The notes under the pieces: model-generated
Database searches by the model: none
Told to the model about the DNA's origin: nothing
Seen by the model: only the letters and a program-made list of their open reading frames with translations
Program-made: the position numbers and the translations under genes
Shown: piece after piece, positions 30,000 through 43,020 of the stretch
How the letters are laid out: the number at the start of each line of letters is the position of its first letter
How positions within the stretch are numbered: the stretch's first letter is position 1
NCBI RefSeq assembly: GCF_009914755.1
Contig: NC_060945.1
Direction: 5' to 3' (one strand)
DNA length: 64,000 nucleotides
DNA from: the human T2T-CHM13v2.0 reference genome, Homo sapiens

Positions 30000-32292
30000 T
30001 TAGCTGCAAAAAAATAAAATAAAATACTTAGGAATATACCTAACCAAAAAGGTGAAAGACCTCTACAAAGAAAACTACAGAACACTGCTGAAAGAAATCA
30101 TAGATGACACAAACAAATGGAAACACATCTCATGCTCATGGATGGGCAGAATCAATATTGTCAAAATGACCATACTTCCAAAAAGCAATCTACAAATTCA
30201 ATGCAATTCCCATCAAAATACCACCATCATTCTTCACAGAACTAGAAAAAACAATCCTAAAATTCATATAGAACCAATAAAGAGCCCACCCAGCCAAAGC
30301 AAGACTAAGCAAAAAGAACAAATCTGGAGGCATCAAATTGCCTGATTTCAAACTATGCTATAAGGCCATAATCACCAAAACAGCATGGTACTTGTATAAA
30401 AATAGGCACATAGACCAATGGAACAGAATAGGGAACCCAGAAATAAACCCAAATACCTAGAGTCAACTGATCTTTGACAAAGCAAACAAAAACATAAAGT
30501 GGGGAAAGGGCACCCTATTCAACAAATGATGCTGGGATAATTGGCAAGCCACATGTTGAAGAATTAAACTGGATCCTCATCTCTCACCTTATACAAAAAT
30601 CAACTCAAGATGGATTAAGGACTTACATCTAAGACCTGAAACTATAAAAATTCTAGAAGATAACATTGGAAAAACCCTTCTAGACATTGGCCTAAGCAAA
30701 GATTTCATATCCAAGAACCCAAAAGCAAATGCAACAAATACAAAGATAAATAGGTGGGACTTAATTAAACTAAAGAGCTTTTGCATGACAAAAGGAAAAT
30801 CAGCAGAATAAACAGACAATCCTCAGAGTGGGAGAAATCTCCACAATCTATACATCTGACACAGGACTAATATCCAGAATCTACAAAGAACTCAAATCAG
30901 CAAGAAAAAAAAAAAAATTTCATCAAAAAGTGGGCAAGGACATGAATAGACAATTCTTAAAAGAAGATATACAAATGGCCAACAAACATATGGAAAATGC
31001 TCAACATCACTAATGATTAGGGAAAGGCAAATCAAAACCACATTGCAATACCATCTTACCCACACAAGAATGGCCATAATCAAAAAATCAAAAAATAGTA
31101 GATGTTGGCACGGATGCAGTGAACAGGGAACACTTCTACACTGCTGGTGGGAATGTAAATTAGTACAACCACTATGGAAAACAGTGTGGAGATTCCTTAA
31201 AGAACTAAAACCATTTGATCCAGCAATCCCACTACTGGGTATCTATCCAGAGGAAAATAAATTATTATATGAAACAGATACTTGCACACACATGTTTATA
31301 GCAGCACAATAGCAATTGCAAAAATGTGGAACCAGCCCAAATGCCCATCAATCAATGAGTGGATAAAGAAACTGTGAGAGAGAGATATATATATATTCCA
31401 TTATATATATATACTGTATATATATACAGTATATATATTCCATTATATATATATACTGTATGTATATACCATTATATATATACTGTATATATACAGTATA
31501 TATATTCCATTATATATATACAGTATATATACTCCATTATATATATACAGTATATATATTCCATTATATATATACTGTATATATCTACTGTGATATATAT
31601 ATTCCATATATAGTCCACATATATATAGTCCACATATATATATAGTCCACATATATATAGTCCACATATATATATATTCCACATATATATAGTCCACATA
31701 TATATAGTCCACATATATATATAGTCCACATATATATAGTCCACACATATATAGTCCACATATATATATATAGTCCACATATATATATCTTCCACATATA
31801 TATATCTTCCACATATATATATCTTCCACATATATATATTCCACATATATATATTCCACATATATATATTCCATTATATATATATAATGGAATACTACTC
31901 AGCCACAAAGAGGCATTTGCAGCAACCTGGACTGGATTGGAGACTATTATTCAGGAATAATAGTAATTCCTGAAGTAATTCAGGAATGGAAAACCAAACA
32001 TTGTATGTTCTCACTCATAAGTGGGAGCTAAGCTATGAGGATGCAAAGGCATAAAAATGATACAGTGGATTTTGGGGACTCAGGGGGAAAGGGTGGGAAG
32101 GGGGTGGGGGATAAAAAACCACAAATTGGGTTCAGTGTACACTGCTCAAGTGACAGGTGCACCAAAATCTCACAAATCACCACTAAATAACTTACTCATG
32201 TAAGCAAATACCACCTGTTCCCCAAAAACCTATGGAAATAAAAAGTTTTTGAAAAAAAGAACAAAAATAATAAATTCTTCCAAAGACAAAAA
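30000..32292 (+). mobile_element. 5'-truncated L1PB-type LINE-1 (ORF2 3' end and 3' UTR), nested in older L1M sequence
   Basis: Frameshifted ORF2-like peptides ([15 protein letters not shown]..., [17 protein letters not shown]...); A-rich tail; TSD AGAATTGATATTG at 29987-29999 and 32293-32305. Confidence 0.92.
31380..31888. repeat. Expanded TA-rich compound satellite inside the L1
   Basis: Units such as TCCATTATATATATACTGTATATATACAGTATATA and GTCCACATATATATA. Confidence 0.95.
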
Positions 32293-32644
32293 AGAATTGA
32301 TATTGCTATTCTGGGGTCGTTTGTGTGTACGTTGTATATTGAGTAATTATGTTAGTCTTGTTGGGAATATAATTTTAAGTTTTGGAGAAAGAGATACAGC
32401 TAAGAAAGATAAGGTTAAGTAAAAACTCCATGCTTGTGATTTTGAAGTGGAAGCATCAGTATGAACTCATGCTATTTTTTATCTCAAAAAATAAATATTT
32501 TCTAGCTCTCTACATTGAATTGGTCTAAACATTATAACCAACCCAGTAGCAACAAGCACCCCTATCATCTAGACCATGATAGCTAAATACCATTTTCTAC
32601 TAAGAACTGGGATTCCTTGGAGAAATGACTGAATTCAAGGTTCG

Positions 32645-32855
32645 CGGGGGTATCCAATCTTTTGGCTTCCCTGGGCCACACTGGAAGAAGAATAATTGTC
32701 TTGGGCCACACATAAAATACACAAATAGTAACAATAGCTGATGAGCTTTAAAAAAAATGCAAAAGAATCTCATAATGTTTTAAGAAAGTTTATGAATTTG
32801 TATTGAGCCACACTCAAAGCCATCCTGGGCCACATGTGGCCTATGGCAAGCTTGT
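32645..32855 (+). mobile_element. MER30 DNA element
   Basis: GGGGTATCCAATCTTTTGGCTTCCCTGGGCCACACTGGAAGAAG. Confidence 0.8.
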
Positions 32856-32919
32856 TCTAGGACAAGAAATGTACAAAATGTACATAGATTTAAGTTCAAA
32901 AATGCATTTTATATATATA

Positions 32920-33215
32920 TATTTCTGAGACAGAGTCTCACTCCATTACCCAGTCTGGAGTGTAGTGGCATGATCTTGGCTCACTGCAACCTTCACCTCT
33001 TGGGTTCAAGCCGATTCTCCTGCCTCAGCCTCCTGAGTAGTTGAGACTGACTACAGGTGTGCACAACCATGCTTGACTAATTTTTGTATTATTTTAGTAG
33101 AGACGGGGTTTCACCCTGTTGGTCAGGCTGGTCTTGAACTTCTGGCCTCAAGTGATCCTTCTGCCTCGGCCTCCCAAATTGCTGGGATTACAGGCATGAG
33201 CCACCGTGCCCAGCC
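32920..33215 (-). mobile_element. AluS
   Basis: Alu consensus. Confidence 0.9.
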
Positions 33216-33264
33216 TCAGAAATGCATAATTTTTTTAAGCTTCTTATTATTTACTGTTGGAAGA

Positions 33265-34070
33265 CGCTAGGCAGGGATAAATAGGTGCAGCATAAAAGAC
33301 TTTCAGGGCAGTGAAACTACTTTGTATGATACAATAATGGTGGATACATGTTATTATACATTTTCCCAAACCCGTAGAATGTACAACAACAGTGAACCCT
33401 AATGTAAACTATGGACTCTGGGTGATAATGATGTGTCATTGTCATTGTTGGTTCATCAGTTGTAACAAATGTACCACTCTGAGGCAGCAGGTGGATAATG
33501 GGGAGGCTATGCAGGTGTGTGGGCTGGAGGTATATAGAAAATCTGCCCCTTTTTCTCAATTTTGCTATGAATATAAAACCGCTCTTTAAAAAAAAAGGTT
33601 TATTAGAAAGAGAGAGAGTAAGAATAGGAAAGAGAAGATACCTGTAAATTTAACAAGACTTCAGAGACACATCTCCCATCAAGCAATTGCAACACATGGC
33701 CCTTACTTGCTCCCAATTTGAGCAAATTAACTGTAAAAAAATTATGAGACAAATAAGGAAAATGTGAGCATTGACTAGATAGTTGATTCAATTAAATAAT
33801 ATTCAGGTGGGATAATATGGTTTTGTTTAAAAAAAAAAGCCCTCCTGCAGAGATACATAGAGAAATATTTGCAGATGAAATGATATATTTTGAATTTGCT
33901 TCACAGTAATCCAGGGTTGGAGACGTGGGTAGGGTTACAGATGAAACTAAATTGGCCTTGGCCATGATTTGATAAAAACTGTTCAAGTTGAGTGATGGTT
34001 ACATGTGAATTAATTATGCTTTCTCACTGCTTTTGCAAATGTTGAAATTATCTATGATAAAAATTGAGTT
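33265..34070 (+). mobile_element. Old L1M (L1MC/MD-type) 3' fragments
   Basis: GTGAACCCTAATGTAAACTATGGACT and related L1M 3' UTR motifs. Confidence 0.7.
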
Positions 34071-34106
34071 TTTATCAAAGTTATGCAAATTTTGCATGTA
34101 CTCTGA

Positions 34107-34479
<373 letters not shown>

Positions 34480-34589
34480 ATTAAAATGTAACTTTTATAG
34501 CAAAAATCTTTAATAAAAACATGGACACTCCAGAAAGAAGTGTGTTTATTTTGAGGATTTATATTCCCAGGATGTGACATTGTTTGCCC

Positions 34590-35115
34590 AGTGCAGAGGC
34601 TGATTAATGGCCCCCAAAAATATCTACATTCTAGTCCCCTAAGCCTGTGCATTTTACTTTATGTGGCAAAAGGGACTTTGCAGATGTGATTAAGGATTGT
34701 GAGATGGAAAAATTATCCTTGATTACCTGCACGGACCCAGTATAATCACAACTGTCCTTATAAGAAGAGGAGCTTTGGAAGAAGAGAGAGTTGACTACGG
34801 AAGAGGGAAAAGGTGATGTGATAATGAAAGCAGGGGAGGACGGCAGTGTGGTGGGGGCCATGAACCAAGGAATGAGGACAGCCCCCCGAAGCTGGAAAGG
34901 GCAAGGAAACAGATTCTCTCCTGGGGCCTCCAGAAGGAACCAGTCCTGGCAACACCTTGTTTGAGTCCCATAAGACTCATTACAGGCTACTGGCCTCCAG
35001 AACTGTAAGGCAAAAAAAAAATAGAAATTGACATAAGGTAAGACACCAAATCTATGTTGTTTTAAGTCACCAAGTTTCTAGTAACATGTTGCAGCAGCCA
35101 TAGCACACTAATGCA
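34590..35115 (+). mobile_element. MLT1 (C/D-type) MaLR LTR
   Basis: GGCAAAAGGGACTTTGCAGATGTGATTAAG...CCTCCAGAACTGTAAG. Confidence 0.8.
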
Positions 35116-35753
35116 CCCAGGTTGCAAATCTCAGGGGTACTGGAAACAGCAGGGCCTGGAGACGGCTGTATCTGGCTGTATCCAGCTCTTTGCCTGGAAA
35201 ATGAGGTCCCACCACCTGAGACCATAGTATTGTGAGAATTGCCTAAAGCACCTCGTCCAGGTCATCGTTCAATAAACGTTTGTGCCGTCTCCCTCTCTAG
35301 ATTTCTCCCTTCTACCTTTCTCTCCACACTCAATCTGTAGTTGTGATGATCACTAATGTAATAGAAAACATCCTAGAAAAAAGAACTTCACCTTCAAGAC
35401 TTGGGTTACAAATTAAAGGGAGAAGAAAAACAATGCTAACAGTCAAGGACTTTGAGGTATTTGTTAATATAAGTATGTCATTATTATCTTAGAGTTAACC
35501 TTGACAGCAGTGTCACTTCTTACTAATGTCAAAGGGGCAACATTTTTTTAAATTGTTTTTCTACTAGGGTACTTGCATGGATCTTTTTTTTTTTTCTAGT
35601 CAGTCTCTGCTTATCCATCATGGATATTTTAAAATCCAGATTATTATCAGACAAATAAATTCAACTTAATAATCAGTATTTTGTCAGACAGAAGTAAAAA
35701 TTCCAAACTAATAAAATTATGCTCAACTGGAAAATGTAGGAAGGTCTTTTTAA

Positions 35754-36095
<342 letters not shown>

Positions 36096-36751
36096 GGTGT
36101 CTCCTGATTTTAATTGCATCTCCCTGATGACTAATGACTTGGAGCACTTTTTGATGTGCGTATTGGCTATTCACATATCTTTCTTTATAAAGTATCTGTT
36201 CAAGTCTATGGCCAGTTTTTTAATTGGGTTATCTGTCTTTTTATTATTGATGTATATACTCTTGGTATAAATTCCTTAGTAGATATATAATTTTTAACTT
36301 TCTTTCCAGTATGTGGCTTGCCTATTCATTTTCTTAGTAATCACTTTCGATAAACAAATGTTTTAAATTTCAGCTGAATGTAATTTATCAATATGTCCAT
36401 TTCTACAGTTTGTAAAGCTGCTGGGATGATGATTGGGATTGCAGGGAACACGATCAATTTGGGGCCATTTAACATCTTAATAATACTGAATTTTTCAAAC
36501 CATAAGCTGGTATCTCTCTCCATATTTTAGGTCTTATTTCGTCTCTCTCAGTAACATTTTGCAGGTTTTACTCTTGCATATCTTTTGTTAATTTTATTCC
36601 TATGTGTTTTATAATTTTTGACACTAACAGAAAACATTTATGATAGTATCAAAAAAGCATTAATTACACTTAAAAATAATGTGTATTCTGCAACTGTTGA
36701 ATATAGTATTCTATCCAAGGCAACTAGATCTAGATGATGGATAGTGGTATC

Positions 36752-37300
36752 ACTACTGGCAGCAAATTCATACGGGTCTGCAGCAACCTCAATTCTTGCC
36801 TCCTCAGAAGGAAGAATTCAACTAAGGGGCATAAGACAGGAAAAGCGCCTGAAGCAAGTTTTAGAACAGGAGTGAACGCTTATTAGAAAGCTTTAGAGCA
36901 GGAACGAAAGGAAGTAAAGTACACATGGAAGGGGGCCAAGCGGGCAACTGGCGAGATCAAGTGCACAACTGGGCCTTTTGTCTTTGGGCTTTATATGTGG
37001 GCATACTTCTGGGGACTTGCATTCCTTCTCCCCTGATTCCTCCCTGGGGGTGGGCTGTCCACATGCCATGCTTGAGCCCACTCGCCCAACTCCTGAGATC
37101 CTATCAGGAAGCAGATGACCAGTTTTAGGTGTTTTCTATCTATTGGGATTCTGCCTTTTCTTGGCGCCGCCTGTGACCAATTATTACTTTAGAGAGATAG
37201 TTAACAACAGCCTAACCATCACTTGATGTTTGCCCGACACTCCTGGTGTATGTGTAGGGGGAGCCCTCTCCTGCCTTGCTCATACCTGACTAGCTACCCA
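36752..37300 (-). mobile_element. ERV1 MER4-group LTR (MER31-like)
   Basis: GGGTCTGCAGCAACCTCAATTCTTGCCTCCTCAGAAG motif. Confidence 0.6.
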
Positions 37301-37304
37301 TTAT

Positions 37305-38018
<714 letters not shown>

Positions 38019-38149
38019 TGTTATTTGCACAGTGTTGTACACACCTGGGAGACATGTGTACAGCAGTGTACACAGAAACATCTGGAAGTACACAGGTGGG
38101 TGCATGGTGTGGGGGATGTCTTCGTGATATTTTGATATAAGAAACATGT

Positions 38150-38775
38150 AGAGTCATGTGTCACTTCACAACGGGGTTACATTGTGATAATTGCATCGCT
38201 AGGTGATTTCGTTATTGTGTGAACATCAGAGAGTCTACTTACACGAATCTAGAGGGCACGGCCTACCACACACCTCGGCTGAACGGCCTAGCCTATTGTC
38301 TCCAAGGCTATAAACCTATTGTTACTATGCTGAATACTGTAGGCAATTATAACACAATGGTAAGGATTTATGATAGTATTATGATATTATTAGTGTTAGA
38401 TATAAACATATCTAAACATACAAAAAGCACAGTAAAAATACACTATAAAAGATTTTTTTAAAAATAGTACATCTGTATAGGGCCCTTACCATGAATGAAG
38501 CCTCCAGGCCTGGAAGTTGCCCTGCATGAGGCAGGGAGTGGTGAGTGAATGCGAAGGCCTAGGACATTACTGGACACTACTGTAGACTTTATAAGCACCA
38601 CACTTAGCCTATACTAAATTTATTTATAAAATAAAGTAAATGTGCAATGATGTTATGTTGGCTACGGTGTCACTAGTGATAGGAATTTTTCAGCTCCATT
38701 ATAATCTTATGTGACCACTGTTCTATATGGAGCTGGTCATTGATGGAAGCATTATTAGTCAGCATTTGACTGTAT
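38150..38775. mobile_element. Tigger3-type DNA transposon remnant
   Basis: TIR-like ends GAGTCATGTGTCAC...CAGCATTTGACTGTA. Confidence 0.75.
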
Positions 38776-39430
38776 TTGATCTTTGTCCCTGGTAGCACAG
38801 AACTCATAAAACTTGCAATATCTGAGTAATGGGGTAAGAGAAGCATCTTCTGTTAATCAGCATAAGCCACTTTCAACTCTACCTGAGTTTATGCCAATGA
38901 GGTGGGGGCTGGTTGTCAGAGGAACCAACCATATATTAGAGGGTTGCAATGTTCACTCCCACCCTGGAAAGGGGAGAGAGGCTGGGGATTGAGTTCATTC
39001 ACTGATAGCCAGTGATTTCATCAATGGTGCCCACATAATGGAATATAATAATCATCTAGATGGCATAGCACATGATAAAACCCTACAAAAACCCTCCTCA
39101 AGGGGCTTCAGAGAACTTCCAAGTTGGTGAACACATTGAGGTGCTGGGAGGGTGTGCACCTGGATCAGGCGTGGAAAAATCCGTGCCCTTTCCCACACCC
39201 TGCCCCATGTGTCTCTTCCACGTGGCTGTTCCTGAGTTGTATTCTTTTATGACAAACCAGTCATCTAGTAAGTGAACTGTTTGACCTGAGTTCTGTGTGT
39301 GAGCCATTCTAGCAAATGACATAGTGTCAGGATTGAGTTACATTGTAGGACACCCAGCGAGTGTCTACCAAGAATAGGAAATTGCTTGGTATGGAAAAGC
39401 CCACAAGTCTGGCGTCAGAAATGTACGGTG
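38775..39430 (+). mobile_element. MER21-like LTR
   Basis: TTTGTCCCTGG...CCTGAGTTTATGC...GGCTGTTCCTGAGTTGTA. Confidence 0.65.
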
Positions 39431-40199
39431 TAGCGGGAGCAGAGGTTTTATTTTACTTTTCAAGTAGATATTTTGCCCCTCACTTGGGAAACACAAGAGC
39501 CTCATTCCTCCCCTTCTGGTCAACTGAACTACCCTCAAAGTGCTCCCCAAGGAATGCCTCAGGCGTGGCAGGCCTCAGCAAAACCAGCGGAGGGGCTCAA
39601 GTTATCTGGGTGGACTGTCTACACTGTCAATACCCAGGTTTACTCTGATACTGTAGACCTGAATCAAGAACACAAGAAAGCTGGGCGTATTGGAGGGAAA
39701 GGCCATGTAAGCTGTGTGTTTTGGCCTCCTAATTCTCAAAGGCTAAATTCTAGGGTTCCTCTCACCTGTGGTCCTGCTCATTCCAGATGTTCAGAATGTT
39801 CCTCTTGTTAGTGTCTGAGGATCTCAGAGGAGGGTGTGTAATTTGGAGTCAAGCTCTACAGAAACCCAGAAGAATCTGCGTCACGTGTGGTATCAGCCAA
39901 GAGCTGAGTGGACTCTATTTCCCAAGAGCTTGGACCACATGGGGTTGTGTCAGAGATAAACAGCCTTTTGAGTCTGAACAAATGCAGCCGGCTGGTTGGT
40001 TCTTGGGGGGCTTAGATATAAGTGGAGAGGTGCACTCTGTTGGGGCAGGGGGCTCTCTTTTGGTTTTAATTAACTGGCTATGAGTACATGACAGAGGTTT
40101 ACAAGTTCACGGCTGGCATCACTCGATTTCTGCCCTCAGATATTGAATCTAAGCCAGCAGTTTGGTGGTTGCTCAATAGCATCCAGAATTGCTTAAATG

Positions 40200-40651
40200 T
40201 AAGTCAAGGGCACTGTCGGGCTTACATTTTGGTTCTTTTAACTTTTCAAGTATTTAAGACAAAAAGCGATTGTCTTTCCAGCCCTATTGGGCATCTTCTA
40301 AGGGGCCCTGGGCGACTATTTCCCGCCCAGCTCCCTGTCCTCACACAGAGAGGGATCCTAGGGCTGCCCTGGAAAGCCGTTCTCCTGCCTCTCTGCTCTG
40401 TGTGCTTTGGAGTTTTATCAAGAAGGGGCAGATGGGAAGCTCTGCTGGATGCTGGCGTTGTGAGACACACCCCCCTGACCTTTCTTCCAGCCAAATAGCT
40501 CTGATAAGTGGGCAGACCTTGAGCCTAGAGACCCACAGACACACTTGGACGATTCCTGCAGAAATCAGTGAGGCAGTCTCCTCCCAGGGGCTTGGCGCCT
40601 GGCTCGAGGCGAGGCTGCCGGCCCGGACGCTGACTGCCCAGTGCCACAGAC
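40200..40651 (+). promoter_or_regulatory. MRAP proximal promoter / 5' UTR with SF-1(NR5A1)-like and GATA motifs
   Basis: TCAAGGGCA 40204-40212; AGACCTTGA (reverse TCAAGGTCT) 40514-40522; TGACCT 40476-40481; TGATAA 40502-40507; small CpG cluster before the ATG. Confidence 0.55.
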
Positions 40652-40757
40652 ATGGCCAACGGGACCAACGCCTCTGCCCCATACTACAGCTATGAATACT
40701 ACCTGGACTATCTGGACCTCATTCCCGTGGACGAGAAGAAGCTGAAAGCCCACAAAC
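40652..40757 (+). CDS. MRAP: MRAP first coding exon (melanocortin-2 receptor accessory protein)
   Basis: gacATGG Kozak context; [35 protein letters not shown](H) with N-glycosylation sequons, YEYY, LDYL and the LKAHKH topology motif; GTAAGT donor; 106 nt. Confidence 0.98.
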
Positions 40758-41004
40758 GTAAGTCTGAACTAGGGAAGCCGGTCAGACAGAGGCTGGGGGC
40801 CGGGGCCCAAATGACTGGGCACTCCCGGCTTTCTCTGCATTCACTTACTAACTCCGGTAGACATCATGGGAAAGCAGGAATGTGGCCAGTTCACTCATAG
40901 ATATAAATGAATGGGGCTGGGAGAGAAACTGTATTTGCTAACTTCTGTAATAAGCTTGGAATTAACCTGCTAAGTCACGAAGACACTTTGGAAGCAGAAT
41001 TTTT

Positions 41005-41308
<304 letters not shown>

Positions 41309-41796
41309 CGAGAATATTCTTTTAAAGATAGATTTCTTGTTTAATTTGTTTGGGGCTCCAATAAGCTGAGCGAGTTTCCTCAAATTAAAGATTTGCCTTT
41401 TCCACTGTCTGTATTTAGATTTGGGACAGTTATTCTCTCCATCCCTAAAATGCAGATTTAATGATTTTTACTAAAATGCCAACATACGTTTAATCTTCAT
41501 AGTCTCAGCAAGGACAAACCAGCATGACTTCACTTCTTTTTGCTCATCTGCCCTCGGGTTCCTTATCTCTTGGCTAACGTGGCATGTGTGGACAATCTTC
41601 TCTGAGGAGTCCAGCTACTTGATCACAATGACAAATTAGATGCGGAAGTGAGCATGAGAAACAAAACAAAAACAAAGCCTGGGAAGATTGGGTCTCAGCC
41701 CTGGAAACCCATGCGCTACCTATCCCGTAGGAAGTCTTAGCTTCCTTGGGTTTTCACTCACTATAATCACATACTGTCTGTCAAACAGTAAATGCA

Positions 41797-41972
41797 GGGC
41801 TGGGTGCAATTGCTCACGCCTGTAATCCCACCAACTAGAGAGGATCACTTGAGGCCAGGAGTTCGAGGCCAGCCTGGGCAACACAGTGAGATCCCATCTC
41901 CACACACACACAGAAAAAGTAAACGCAGACCAGGCATGGTGGCTCATGCCTGTAATCCCAGCACTTTGGGAT
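41797..41972 (+). mobile_element. Alu left monomer plus a 45-bp Alu 5' stub
   Basis: Alu consensus breaks off at GCACTTTGGGA where the minisatellite begins. Confidence 0.85.
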
Positions 41973-42690
41973 TACGTCGTATGTCAGATGCGTCATGTGT
42001 CATGCATCCTATGTCAGGGGCGTCACGCGTCCTATGTCAGATGTCACACATCCTATGTCAGGGGCGTCACGCATCCTATGTCGGATGCATCACGCGTCCT
42101 GCGTCGGATGCGTCATGCGTCCTATGTCAGATGTTTCACACGTCTTATGTCAGGGGCGCCATGCGTCCTATGTCGGATGTGTCACGCATCCTATGTCACG
42201 TCATGCGTCGCATGTCAGATGCGTCACGTGTCCTATGTCAGATGTTTCACACGTCATGTCAGGGGCGTCACGCGTCCTATGTCGGATATGTCACGCGTCG
42301 TATGTCAGATGCGTCACACGTCCTATGCCGGGGGCGTCACACGTCCTATGTCGGATGTGTCACGCGTCCTATGTCGGATGTCACGCGTCCTATGTCACGC
42401 GTCCTATGTCAGGGGCGTCATTCGTCCTATGTCAGATGTGTCATGCGTCCTATGTCAGGGGCGTCATGCGTCCTATGTCGGGGCGTCATTCGTCCTATGT
42501 CAGTGTGTCGTGCGTCCTATGTCAGGGGCGTCATGCCTCCTATGTCGGATGTGTCATGCATCCTATGTCAGGGGCGTCATGTGTCCTATGTCGGATATGT
42601 CATGCGTCCTATGTCAGGGGCGTCATGCGTCCTATGTCGGGTGTCATGCATCCTATGTCGGGGCGTCATGTGTCTATGTGTCATGATATA
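41973..42690. repeat. CpG-rich minisatellite, ~23-bp unit (TCAYGCGTCCTATGTC + AGGGGCG/GGATGTG), about 30 copies
   Basis: Recurrent CCTATGTC core; stop-free in all three + frames. Confidence 0.95.
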
Positions 42691-42880
42691 TCGTGTATGT
42701 CATATCAATGATATATCATGATTTCAAAGATGTATCATATTTCATATATCATGATATATGATATGATATATCGCATATGTATCAGATATATCAAATATAT
42801 CATATGATATATATCATATCATATATCCATATATATCATGATATATCGTATATGATATCATATATCATATGATATATGAT
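42690..42880. repeat. AT-rich (ATATC/ATATG)n satellite contiguous with the minisatellite
   Basis: CATATATCATGATATAT-type repeats. Confidence 0.9.
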
Positions 42881-43020
42881 GGCTAATTTCTTTGTATTTT
42901 TAGTAGAGACGTGGTTTCACCGTGTTAGCCAGGATGGTCTCGATCTCCTGACCTTGTGATCCACCTGCCTCACCTTCCCAAAGTGCTGGGATTACAGGCG
43001 TGAGCCACCACGCCTGGCCC
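42881..43020 (-). mobile_element. Alu left arm (AluY/Sc-like); right arm missing
   Basis: GTTAGCCAGGATGGTCTCGATC diagnostic; abuts the AT satellite. Confidence 0.88.

Noticed and set aside
30052-31312. L1 ORF2-like peptides
   Set aside because: Truncated, frameshifted and non-autonomous
31359-31908. Tyr/Ile-rich ORFs
   Set aside because: Translations of the TA satellite
41973-42690. Repeat array superficially resembling CRISPR
   Set aside because: No unique spacers, degenerate tandem units, eukaryotic intronic context, no cas genes
41792-42721. Longest ORFs in the track (309, 266 and 238 aa, Cys/Arg/Met-rich)
   Set aside because: Artefact of a stop-free minisatellite unit read in three frames; the starts lie in Alu or repeat sequence and no exon structure is evident
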